Assembly (NCBI GenBank): GCA_034780895.1 | Contig: JAUZTB010000057.1 | Location: forward strand, 13,236,267 to 13,300,266 | Source of the DNA: Rhynchobatus australiae | Lineage: Eukaryota | DNA length: 64,000 nucleotides | Reading direction: 5' to 3' | In this document: positions 53,581 through 64,000 of the stretch, piece after piece | How positions within the stretch are numbered: position 1 is the stretch's first letter | Layout: the number at the start of each line of letters is the position of its first letter | The notes under the pieces: generated by a model | The model's database searches: none | Seen by the model: only the letters and a program-made list of their open reading frames with translations | What the model was told of the DNA's origin: nothing | Program-made: the position numbers and the translations under genes

Positions 53581-54373
53581 GGTATATAGAGTAGGTAGAA
53601 GTGCAGCAAGTCTTGTGGCATGTTTTAATGTTTGTTTTGCTTAAAATTCTATATTTTTGATAAATTTAATTTTTCAAAATGGCCTTCAACATTTTTTCCA
53701 CAGATTGTTTGCCATAAGTTGTTTCTTAACGGACAGTTCTGGTGATCCAACTAAATACTAGAGCTAATGGACTGCAATTTCTTTAAAAAAAAATGATGTC
53801 ACTTCTGGTGGAATCATCCCAAAACCAACTGACAAAGGAAAAAAGACACTTAAAATCCCAATGAAGTTTTCCTAATTTTTTAATGCTAAATTAACAAAAT
53901 TGACCAAGGTTTCAGATGGAATTACTCAAGTGCCTCACTTTTATTGTGTTTGTGAAACTTGGGAGACAAGGTTTTCAATACAAGGGTACCAGTATTTCTC
54001 TTTTAATTTGCTGAAACCAATGCAGCCTTTAAATTGATCTGCATTTGAATTTAAAATAACAAATTTGGGTTGCGTATAGATGTTAGACTAGACACCTTGA
54101 TTAAAAGTTTTTTTGTCTGGCTTTCATCTCTCTAATTAAAGCTGATCCAGGTACCATACTTAATTTTGCATTAAAAATACTTAAGGAATACACTTGTGTT
54201 CAGTTATACATAAATGAATTTTAACCCAAGCTTGAAAAGATCTTGAGGTAAAAAGCTCGTATAATGTACGTTTAGTGTCAGACTCTGATAATCTTGCACC
54301 TGATTGTTTGGATATCCTGATAACCTGACATCTGGTTTGGTCATTGGTCTGGAATGTGAGCTGGGGGGGTTCA

Positions 54374-54900
54374 GAGTCATCGTCATACAGCATGGAAATA
54401 GCCCATTCAGCCCACTGTGTCCGTGCCAACCATCCATATTAATTCCATCTTCCAGCACTTGGATCCCTTGCCAGTTACCCTAAATCTTTGTCCTCCAGTT
54501 TTATTCACCTCTGATAATGAGCAAAGATTCCTGCAGTTTACCATGTCTACATTCATAATCTTATATGCCTCAATCATGTTCCCTCTTAGCCTCTTCTGCC
54601 CCAGAGAAAACAGACCTAGCTTTTCCAGTCTCTCCTCGTAACTAAAATGCAACATTCCAATGAATCTCTTCTGCATTCTCCAGTACCATTACACCCTTCC
54701 CATAGTGTGTTGACCAGAACTGCACACAGTACTCCAGCTGAGGTCTGATCAATGTTTTATAAAATTGGAGCATAGTTCTTGTATTCATTGCCCCGACCAA
54801 CGAAGGCCAGTATCCCATATGCTGCATTAATCATGTTATCCACCTGCACTGCCACCTTCAAGGATCTTTGGACTTGCACACCAAGGTCTCTCTGTTCCTA
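54374..54900 (-). mobile_element. CR1-type LINE 3' fragment in intron 2
   Basis: LQFYKTLIRPQLEYCVQFWSTHY and SYEERLEKLGLFSLGQKRLRGNMIEAYKIM motifs. Confidence 0.9.
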
Positions 54901-54999
54901 CCTTTTCAAATGAGATTTTGGGCTCAGATTCTTTCAGTGTGGCCAGGTGAATGTCAAGGATCCTAGGCTATGATTTTAAAGAAGTTAAAAGTAGTTGTA

Positions 55000-55175
55000 C
55001 TTTGGTTCAGTGTTTATCACTTGATCAACTTCATTAAAGGAACTGATTATCTGGCTATTATCATTATTGCTGTTTGTTCAAATTGGTGTTGCATTTTCTA
55101 AATTAAACTTTTATGTTTCAGAAGTACTTTGGTACATTCAAAAGTCCTGAAATGTGTGGTATAAATGTAGTTCTT
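55000..55175 (+). mobile_element. Deu-domain SINE 3' fragment in intron 2
   Basis: GATTATCTGG.TATTATCA..ATTGCTGTTTGT..AAATTGG..AAGTACTT..TATAAATG matches the SacSINE1/AmnSINE-type tail. Confidence 0.55.
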
Positions 55176-57189
55176 TGGGAAAAAAAAGTTGATTCACTTT
55201 AATTTGAATTAATATAAAAATCATTGTGCAAGATTGGAGAGTTCGGATCTGGATTTAATGATTTGAAGCTGTTGGATGAAAGGTTTTAGTCATTGGAATT
55301 TGCGTAAAGGAAAGTTTTTTGTGCAGGTGGGTAAAAAAAGTCGGCATGGATGTGGTGGGTTGAAAGGCCAGTTGCTGCAATGTATGAATCTTGGTACTCA
55401 AATGTTTGCATTTCTTAATTGTATGACGCAATCACGAGCTTATTTTGTCCCTCCAAATGTAAGGAAATTTTGCATTATGGATTAAGTAACAATGATTGAA
55501 CTATCAATCTGGGTTGCTAAGAATGAAGAATAGTAAGACCGTTGGCCTAATTTTGATTCCATGTTGTGCAAAGAAGCACAGTTTGTAATGCTGAACGCCA
55601 CTTGCAGAGAAATGTACTAAAGCACCTAAATACCTGTACCAAAAGAATGTTCTACTCCCAGCTGTAACCAAAACGCTTCGAAGGTGCAAATGCCAGAATT
55701 GGGTCTTGCAGCCGCTTGAGTCACACAATTGTTACTATGTGGAATATTACTCCAGTAAACATGAAGGAGTTTAAAATGTTTGGGGTTCTGTTTCATGTGC
55801 TTTTTGTAACAAACCATGAAATATTTGGAAAATATGTCCATAGCTTTGTTTGTGCTAACTTTTGTACTTTGAGCCACTGGACCTTGTAGTAAAATTTTTG
55901 TTCAACCCATCCAGTACAGAATAGTGTTTATGCTTGTAAATTTTGCAGCATCACAAAAGTGGAATAAATTAACAAAGTGTTATGTACTTTCTTTCACTGT
56001 TTTAACTTTGGTATCTGCCTTCCACACATCCTTCTCTCCTGTACTCACGTTCTTTTTAAGATGAGGTTTCTTTTGATGCTTTTTGCATGTCCAGCATTTA
56101 ACAAAATGAATAACATTTTTAGCTTGAGGGATAGGCAGAAAAGCATTGCCTTGGTTATGATAGCTTTTCCTGGTATTTTGGTGGGGTGGGGGGATGGTGG
56201 AATGTTTAATTTAACTTGGCAAGGAGAAAATGATCATATTGAAGCTCATTTTTTAAAATCGTGGAGGGCTGTGGGAATGTTTTTCTTTAGGCTTAGTGTT
56301 AACTGGGATGTATTCAGGTATAATTTTGATACTCCATTAAATTCTTCAATGGATGATGCCCATATTAATTATCTTAGTAATCATTCTTAAAATTGCTTTT
56401 TCTCAAATACTCTGGTACTTCACAGAATGCTAGTTTGTTATGGTGCTTTTGGACTTCCAATGCAAGCACTTGCCAATGGTATGCCCTTGTCTTATGAGAA
56501 AGGAATCAGCTCAGGCTGCACACTGCTGTGCTGGGAACTTGACATATATTCCTGCCCTCCACTAGTACTACTGCAGCAATGTATTGGACAATGGCTTGGT
56601 GAGGAAGGATGCCTGTGAGGATGGGTGTTGAGCAAGCTAGATGAACCCACTCATTGCAGAAATTTGGGGTTCAGGGCTGTACCCTGGCCAGCATGATGAG
56701 TGTGGGCTATTGCTGGGCATTGTCAGCGCCTGTTCCACATGTTGAGAGACTGACTGGATCTTGCAGTATCCTTCACCACAGCTCTCCCCAGCCTAGTGAG
56801 CTTACTACCTCAGAGAAAATCTTGTGAATCAGTTTTTGTTTTGTTTCTTAATTGTTATATTGCATTATGAAACTGATTGCATTTCTATTGCTGCTGTTAG
56901 CTTTCATCTCAGAATGTATGTTGATATAATTGGGCATGTATTGAAACTGCAGCATGGATACAGTCAAATTGTAATTTGAATTGCAGTTTAGTGAGTGTGC
57001 CTTTTCTTGAAGTAATTGGTTACAGCTGGTTTAACTCAAATTTTTTAAAGTTATGTAAGAAATATATAAGGAAGAAAGATATCCAAAGATAACTGTGGCT
57101 CAGTAAACAACCTCTGTATCTTGGATAATAGGAATTCTCCTAGGACTTTTAAATAAGTTGCTGACTTTGTGGTTTTAGAGTCACTTTGG

Positions 57190-57990
57190 TCAGAAAATGC
57201 TGGAAGCACTTACAGGACAGGCCTCATTTCTGGAAAGGGTAATGGTTAACATTTCAGGTTGAAGACTCTTGTTTCATAACTGGAGAAACCAGAGAAAACA
57301 ATTTAATTTCAAATTGCGGAAGGATAGATTGGGCAAAGGGAACATCTGTGATATGGTGAGGCTCGGTTGATTGGATGTTTACAGAGCTGTCTCATGGATT
57401 AACGAAGGTAGAAAACAAAACCTGTTATGTGAATCAGAGCTGTTGCTGCAACATGAAACCAAAAGGAGAATGCTAGAAGTGCCCAAGAAATAAGGTAGAA
57501 CCTGTGGAAAGAGAAAGTGAGTTAGCAATGGATGGATAACTGTACAGAATTGGCCAATTCTGACATGCACAAAAAAAGTGACTTATCTGATATTGTTCAT
57601 TTCACTGAGTCTCAAAGAATAAAATGTGCCTGCATGAAAGATAAGGTACTATTTATTCTTCAAGCTTATATTGGGCCTTGTTGGGAAAACTGCAGGAGGC
57701 CACAGACAGTAGTGTGGGAATGGGATGGAGAACTAATGTGTCAGGGATCTGGAAACTTGGGATTGCCCTTGCAGACTGAATGGAGTTGCTTTACAAAGTG
57801 GTCATCCAATCTGCATTTGTTTTCATCAATGTAAAAGAGACCAGGTTGTGAGCAGTTCGCCAGATTGGAAGAATGAATCATTGCTTCACCTGAAAGGAAT
57901 GTTCAAAATCTCTGGTGGGAAGAGATGAAGTAAAAGGGCAGGTATTTTATCTCCTGTGGTCGCATGAGAAACAGCTGTGAGAAGGAGTGT
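57190..57990 (-). mobile_element. Penelope-like retroelement 3' remnant: GIY-YIG endonuclease plus pseudo-LTR
   Basis: Minus-strand translation ~57854-57690 gives CSQPGLFYIDENKCRLDDHFVKQLHSVCKGNPKFPDP*HISSPSHSHTTVCGLLQ, resembling the PLE C..CGLLYIGETKRRL..RF.EH motif with stops. The pseudo-LTR is at 57190-57285. Confidence 0.8.
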
Positions 57991-58319
57991 ACAGGCAACC
58001 TGACAATGTATCGTGGGGGGGGTGGGAAGGTGTTGCGTTCCAAGGAAACAGTTTGTATTGAGATTTTCCGTAATGTAAAGGCCTGTCATCAGTGCGTGTG
58101 TGAAGAAATACATGCTGAAAAATAAATCTGGCATTTATTGTTTTTTCACTTAAATTCCCTGAGTGAATATTATTCTGTATCTCATTTTTATAGTGTGATT
58201 TGTGAATTCTGTAAGGTTGAATTTCCATTACCCAACTGGTTGTAATGCAGGGGTCGCCTGCAGTTGGAGGAGATGGAAAAGTAGTCCAGAATGATGCAAA
58301 GGGAAAAGTTCATTTGGAT

Positions 58320-60015
58320 TGCTGAAAGAAAAGGGGAAGATTTTTATGCATCCTTTGATAGGGAGAACTATGATGCCCCCACATCTCTGGATGATTCTGT
58401 AATCTCATTCTCTACGGCTGATGTCTGGACGTCCCTCGTGAGGGTGAATCCACGAAAGGCGTCTGGTTCAGACAGTGTACCTGGCTGAGTACTAATTATC
58501 TGTACAGTACAGCTGACTGGAGTATTTACAGATCTGCCGTCTGACGTTCCCACCTAATTCATAAAGGCTTCTGTTGTACCAGTGACCTGCCTGAATGACT
58601 ACTGTAGAGTAGTGCTTGCATCAACCACAATTAAGTGCTTGGAGTTTGGTTTTGGCGCGAATCAACTCCTGCTTCAGAGCTGACCAGGATCCACCTTTCA
58701 ATTTGTCCACTGCCACAACAAGTTGACAGTGTGTGTAATTTCTCTGACTCTTCACTCTACTCTGGACCACAGCAAAACTTGCCTTAGGCTGCTGTTCATT
58801 AACTACAGTTCAGTGTTCAACACAGTCATCCCATCCAAACTTATCAAGCTTCAAGACCTGGGCCTCTGTACCTCCCTCTGCAACTGGATCTTTGACTTCC
58901 ACATCAGCAGACCTCAATTCAGTGAAGATTGGTAACAACATCTCTTTGTTGACCATCAACTTCTAGGCTGCGTGCTTAGCCCCCTGCTCTACTCCCTATG
59001 CACACTTGATTGTATGGCTAAGCATAGCTCCAATGCCATATACAAATTCACCAACAACACCAGTGTTATTGGATGAATATCATGTGGTGATGAGTCTGCA
59101 TACAGGAACACCTGGTTGAGTAGTGCAGCAACAACAACCTTTTGCTCACTATAAGTAAAACTAAAGAACTGATTGACTTCAGGTAGGGGAAGGAGGACGA
59201 ATGTGCGCCAGTCTGCATTGGTGGTTCAGTTTTGAAGGTCAGCAGCTTTAAGTTCCTGGGTGTTAACATATCGGGTGACCTGTTTGAGGCCTCGCACATA
59301 GATGCAATCACAAGGAAGGTGTGCTAGTGTCTTAAAGAGTTAAGATGGTTTGGTCACCAAACACTAACGAACTTCTGCAGATGAACTGTTCAAAGTATCC
59401 TGACTGGTTGTGTCATTGCCTNNNNNNNNNNNNNNNNNNNNNNNNNNNNNNNNNNNNNNNNNNNNNNNNNNNNNNNNNNNNNNNNNNNNNNNNNNNNNNN
59501 NNNNNNNNNNNNNNNNNNNNNTGTCATTGCCTGGTAATGCAGTTCGAATGCACAGGAACATAAGAAGCTGCAGAGACTAGTGGACTCAGCCTAATGCATC
59601 AGGGGCACATCCCGCCCCACCACTGATTGTTTCCATGCGAGGTGCTGCCTCAAGAATGCAACAACCGTCATCAAAGATCCCCATCATCTGGGCCACACCA
59701 TCTTCTTGCAGCTATTATTGCGTAGAGAAAGTTCAGAAGCCTGAAGTCCTACACCACCAGGTTCAAGAACGGTTACTTCCCTTCAACCATCTGCTTCTTG
59801 AACCAACCTGAACAATCTGAATCACTACATCACTCTTGCAACACTGACTACTTTGCACAATAATGAACTTTTTATTTGTTCTGATTCTGTTTTTTTTGTA
59901 TAATTGTCTAACTGTATTTTTCTTGTGAATGTTATGTATCTGATGCTCTGTGCCTGTGATGCTGCCGCAAGGAAGTTTTTCAGTGCATCTATGCATACAT
60001 GTACTTGTGCATCTG
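58320..60015 (+). mobile_element. Rex1/Babar-clade LINE, 5'-truncated RT remnant
   Basis: VNPRKASGSDSVPG and LRLLFINYSSVFNTVIPSKL..LQDLGLCTSLCNWIFDF..RPQ, plus GCVLSPLLYSL; frameshifted, with the 3' tail ending ~60015. Confidence 0.85.
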
Positions 60016-60039
60016 ATTTGAGATCTGTAGTAGTGGGAT

Positions 60040-60670
60040 CTAGTTTGGGTTATTGGAAACTGGAAAAGATGATCCATTGAATTTGGAAGCTGGTGTGGTA
60101 ATGAATATCGGTTGCTGATGGAGACAAAACTAGGAAAGGTTGAGTCTGAGGTGGGTGTTTTGAAAATGAGAGCAGGTTAGAAATTGGCAGCAAAGTGATG
60201 GAATATTTTGTGTTAGTATGAGTGCAAGGAAAGCACTAATTATCTCAGTGTACTGGGGGAAAAAAAAATCCTCAGTTATTGGCATATCAGCTCCCATGAC
60301 TAGACTATCCAAATAGGTTCTTTTGTGATGTCTTTTTTCCTTAATAGTGACTTCCCCTCTACCAGGGTTGATTAGCCCTAATTGCATTTCACCTATTTCC
60401 TGCACCTCTTCTTGCCTCCTTTCCTTCTGCCCAGAGCAGAGAGAGAGTTTGTCCTTGCCTTCCATCCCAGCCTCTACTTTCGATTGATCATTCTTTGCGA
60501 TTTCTATCACCTTCAATGAGATGCACATTTTTACCTTCCCTTTCAACATTCAGAATAGAACATCCTCTTCAACTCCCTGGTCCTCCAGCAGATTGTAGTT
60601 GCTTCAGATGCTCATTTTAGTTCTGGGTTCCAGCATTTCGCAGCTTCAGTCTGTGTCTTTGTCTCTCTTG
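60040..60670. mobile_element. Penelope-like RT remnant with internal inversion
   Basis: 60060-60260 on the - strand resembles the PLE RT region following YIDD. 60400-60580 on the + strand resembles the LVLTFHP..RII..F..LQ.D segment, and a pseudo-LTR tail follows at 60583-60665. Confidence 0.55.
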
Positions 60671-62759
60671 TGAATGCTTCAGATTTTTACTTGGTACGTG
60701 CAGAGCTGAACATGCTTCCATTGGTATATTATTTTTATTTTGCATTTTCAATAAGAGTACCTATTATAGTCTGCTTGTAAAGGTTATTACTGCAACAACG
60801 ATAAACAGATTCTTAACGTGATGGTTGAATGTGGACTTTATACATAACCCTGTCCAAATGGAAGCTGAGTATTTGCATCGAGGCAGCTAAAAAAAACCTT
60901 TTGCACAATACTTTGACTCTGAAGAAATATTTGTAAACTCAGTTCTCATGGCACATGCTTAGCTTAGCATGCACTGTATTTGTTAACGATCTAACCATAA
61001 AGGTTAACACAGCTAGTTAGCATACAGTGTAAAATGCACTTCCACAGTATGCAGTAGTTGCTTCTTAACTGTGGATTAATGAGCCAAGAGGTAGCAATAT
61101 AAGAGCTATTTTGTGAGTGTTTCTTAATTGTTAAACTGTATAACAGTTATGCCTAGTAATATGGGTGCTGCCCAGTTTTCTCCTGAGCATTCCATATTAA
61201 CAAGATTAGTAAAGGATTATTAAATATCTAAAAGTAGTCAGCATAGCCTGGGCTGGAGCTATAAAATTTCATTTGGAAATACTGAATTATAATAGAATAA
61301 GTCATTGATATTGCACCATCTATAAATCTCATCAGTTTATACTGATGGAATGGCTACTGTTGTTTTAAAATTAAGGTATTTAACAACTTTGAAAAATTTG
61401 TGCAATTCACTATTTCATTGTTTCAAATATTGCTTCAATATTTCATACTTAAAATATTTTGCATTTGCTCCTGGGTCTCCATTAGGCAGCACCTTGCACT
61501 GAAAACCACTTGCAATTTATAGTTGCAGATGTCATGGTGAAACTGAAGAGCTAATTTATATCAGTTTTTTGTCATCACCAGGACATTTAAATTGAGGAAA
61601 ATTCCGCTTTCCCATGGATTATTAGAAGAAAACATGGCATAAATTTGAAATTTTGTCAGTTGTGAAAAGGGTTCATCTGTATTTATTGAGTAGCTTATGA
61701 AAGTGAAAACAGTAAGCATTGTAGGGCCAGGTTGTATGTGACCTCAACTGTTGCCTGTGGTCCCCCAATCCATACTTTCTGGATACAGACGGCTGAACAA
61801 GCTGGCTACTCTGCACNNNNNNNNNNNNNNCAACAACAATAAAAGGATATTGAATGGCTTTTAAATCTGTTAATCACATTTACATTTTTTCAAAATTGTT
61901 TTGAAAAACCATCTTTAATGAAGAAATTTATGTAAATTAAGTAAAATGCTTATCTAACCTTTTGTTCCGACAGAGTACAATGTCAGTGACCATGATTTAT
62001 GTTCCATTATGATTCAGCATATCTACATGAAGCTTTACAGCTCCAGTCCATATTGTGATGACTACCACTTCCAGCTGTTTGGATGTCCTTGACTAATCTT
62101 GCCCATGTGGAATACTTAAGAAAAGGATAATGTTGCCATTCCTTTTGCATGTCTTTCCTGGCACAATGCTGAGCGATGGATGTGAGTTTCCTCATCAGGG
62201 AATCATTGCTTTGCTTTGGGGTCTAACCATTGGGATGCTTCACTTCAGTGTGCAACTGCAAATCTGCAGAAATCTGAGGCCTCTCTGGACCAAAAGCAAT
62301 TTTGAAGCAATTGCTAAGCACAATTTGGCCCATCATTTTGAGCAGTGGATGTTTTTCAGCTTGAGGAGGAATTTACGCTTGGAGTAGTTACTGTAAAAAT
62401 AATTACACCAATATTGGCTTTTTTCAAAATTATTTTTTAAAATACTTTGATATCAGGATGCTATCTACTTAGCTGAGATGAGCATATGAAGTTTTTAACT
62501 TTTTTTCCTTGTTTTGTTAGGTGATCCCTCTCGTGCACAAGTCCAGGTTATTTGAAATTCATTGTTTTGGGGTGGAAAAAAGTCAAAGAAATAAGCTATT
62601 GAAGATTTGAAATTTGTATCAAACTGCTTTTTGTTTAGTCCATCAATTGCTTTTTCTTGTTCAGATTGACAAAGTTTTAAATATACATAAGAGAAGGCAC
62701 CCATATGGCCGATAGTGTTTGTGCTTGGCACTTAGTTCATCCTGAAGAACCAGTTCTGC

Positions 62760-62975
62760 TTGCCAAATAGTTCTTTTAGCACTGGGTATGTAGCCCTACA
62801 GACCACAAACTCGTAAGTGCATTTTCAAGTAATTTTTAAATGCGATGAGGGCTTTCGTCTCTCCAATACTTTTTGTGCAGTGAGTTCCAGACTGCTCACT
62901 ACTTTGAGTGAAAACATTCTTCCTTATCTCTCCTTTAATCTAGCAATGACTTGAAATTACTGGCCCTTATTATTA
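62760..62975 (-). mobile_element. Decayed CR1 3' fragment
   Basis: TTTTTAAATG..ATGAGGG.TT..GTCTCT..CAGTGAGTTCCAGAC..TCACTACT.TGAGTGAAAA pattern shared with other CR1 tails. Confidence 0.55.
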
Positions 62976-64000
62976 CTGGCCCTGGCAAGTATGNNNNNNN
63001 NNNNNNNNNNNNNNNNNNNNNNNNNNNNNNNNNNNNNNNNNNNNNNNNNNNNNNNNNNNNNNNNNNNNNNNNNNNNNNNNNNNNNNNNNNNNNTATTATT
63101 ACTGGCCCTGGCAATTATGGTCAGAAACTATTTGAAGCTCGGATTGCTAAAGTCTAGCACTATGATTTAAATGTGAATCTTAAAGGGCTGAATCTTGAAC
63201 TCTAGTTTTGTATTTTTATTTCCTGCATGAACTATTATGGTGTGTGATTCAGTGTGAGCTATTGTGCTTCTCTGCCTATGGCTAACAGGTTGGTACTGAT
63301 GTGTAGGACATCTGCAGCTGGATAACTGGGAATTTTCCATCTTGGGTTGCAGTCTGAGTACAAAGATAGGTTCTATTGATCCTGTGAGTCAGCAGAACTA
63401 CAGATATATATAGCCATATTTGTAATCTGATGCACACTGTACAAATGAAATTATACATTGTTTAAAAAAAAGTTGTTTGGGCAAATAGAAAAACAAGTTA
63501 AGATATGCACGGTGAAGGTTTTACTGTCTCTTGTGCAAAATATTTCTGAAGTTCAATGCAAATACTGATCCAAATTAAACATTAAGCTTTCTTAGCAGTT
63601 ATTGGAAAATTTTAAGCTTTATTTTGAAAAGGAGTATGTCTTTGGCTTTGTAAAATGTGAATTAGTTCATTTTGATATTGAAATCAAGATTATACCTTTA
63701 ATGACATTCCTGTGGAAAATCCATTTGGTTTTTGCTATGCCCACTGCCTGTTTACATTCTTTAATTTGATTGTGGAATGCTGGTGTCACAGATAAGGCCG
63801 GCACTTTTCTAAGGTGATAATGTGTAGATGCAAACTGTTAGATATTCTGACAGGCAGGGGGTTAGTTGAGATTAGTAAACTGGGATGCAGATTATGCTGC
63901 TGTTTTTGTGTGTATCCCGGAACATCTGTTAATCTGGATGAAATGGACCTCTTGAACACTTCATCAGAAAGAAGCCAAACTTATTTAAATTCAGAGAAGT

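Larger units (their letters stand above)
46078..64000 (+). other. MED13L: MED13L intron 2 (partial, continues beyond window)
   Basis: GTGAGT donor at 46078. I found no sequence encoding the expected exon 3 peptide ([27 protein letters not shown]) downstream, and the + strand is T/G-rich as in introns. Small N gaps could hide sequence. Confidence 0.75.

Noticed and set aside
56427-56618. ORF containing NGMPLSYE, superficially like MED13L exon 3 (NGLSYEC)
   Set aside because: The surrounding residues do not match the highly conserved exon 3, so the resemblance is chance.
62957-63118. TATTATTACTGGCCCTGGCAA repeated across a 100-N gap (similarly TGTCATTGCCT at 59411/59522)
   Set aside because: Most likely a scaffold overlap or a collapsed short tandem repeat; cannot be resolved from this assembly.

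Overview
Eukaryotic (vertebrate) genomic DNA. The repeat content (HE1-like V-SINEs, CR1 LINE tails, Deu-domain SINEs, Penelope-like elements) points to a cartilaginous fish, probably a ray or shark, in a scaffold with many N gaps. The only gene I can support is the 5' end of MED13L (Mediator kinase-module subunit 13-like) on the + strand. It has a CpG-island promoter at ~43.9-44.5 kb, coding exon 1 (44723-44791), a 1048-bp intron, coding exon 2 (45840-46077) and an intron 2 that runs past the window end. The ORF track misses both exons; its ORFs are almost all gap artefacts, transposon remnants or chance. The upstream 43 kb is gene-free and holds decayed CR1, RTE, Rex1/Babar, Penelope-like and SINE elements. 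Most notable: (1) a dispersed Penelope pseudo-LTR family carrying minimal hammerhead-ribozyme motifs, with one structurally complete copy at 5802-5842; (2) small palindromic insertions of two inverted pseudo-LTR halves with 13-14 bp target-site duplications; (3) a ~530-bp foldback/MITE element with long inverted arms; (4) a 4-codon uORF whose stop overlaps the MED13L start (ATGA). All family assignments are by eye and from memory of consensus sequences, and repeat boundaries are approximate.
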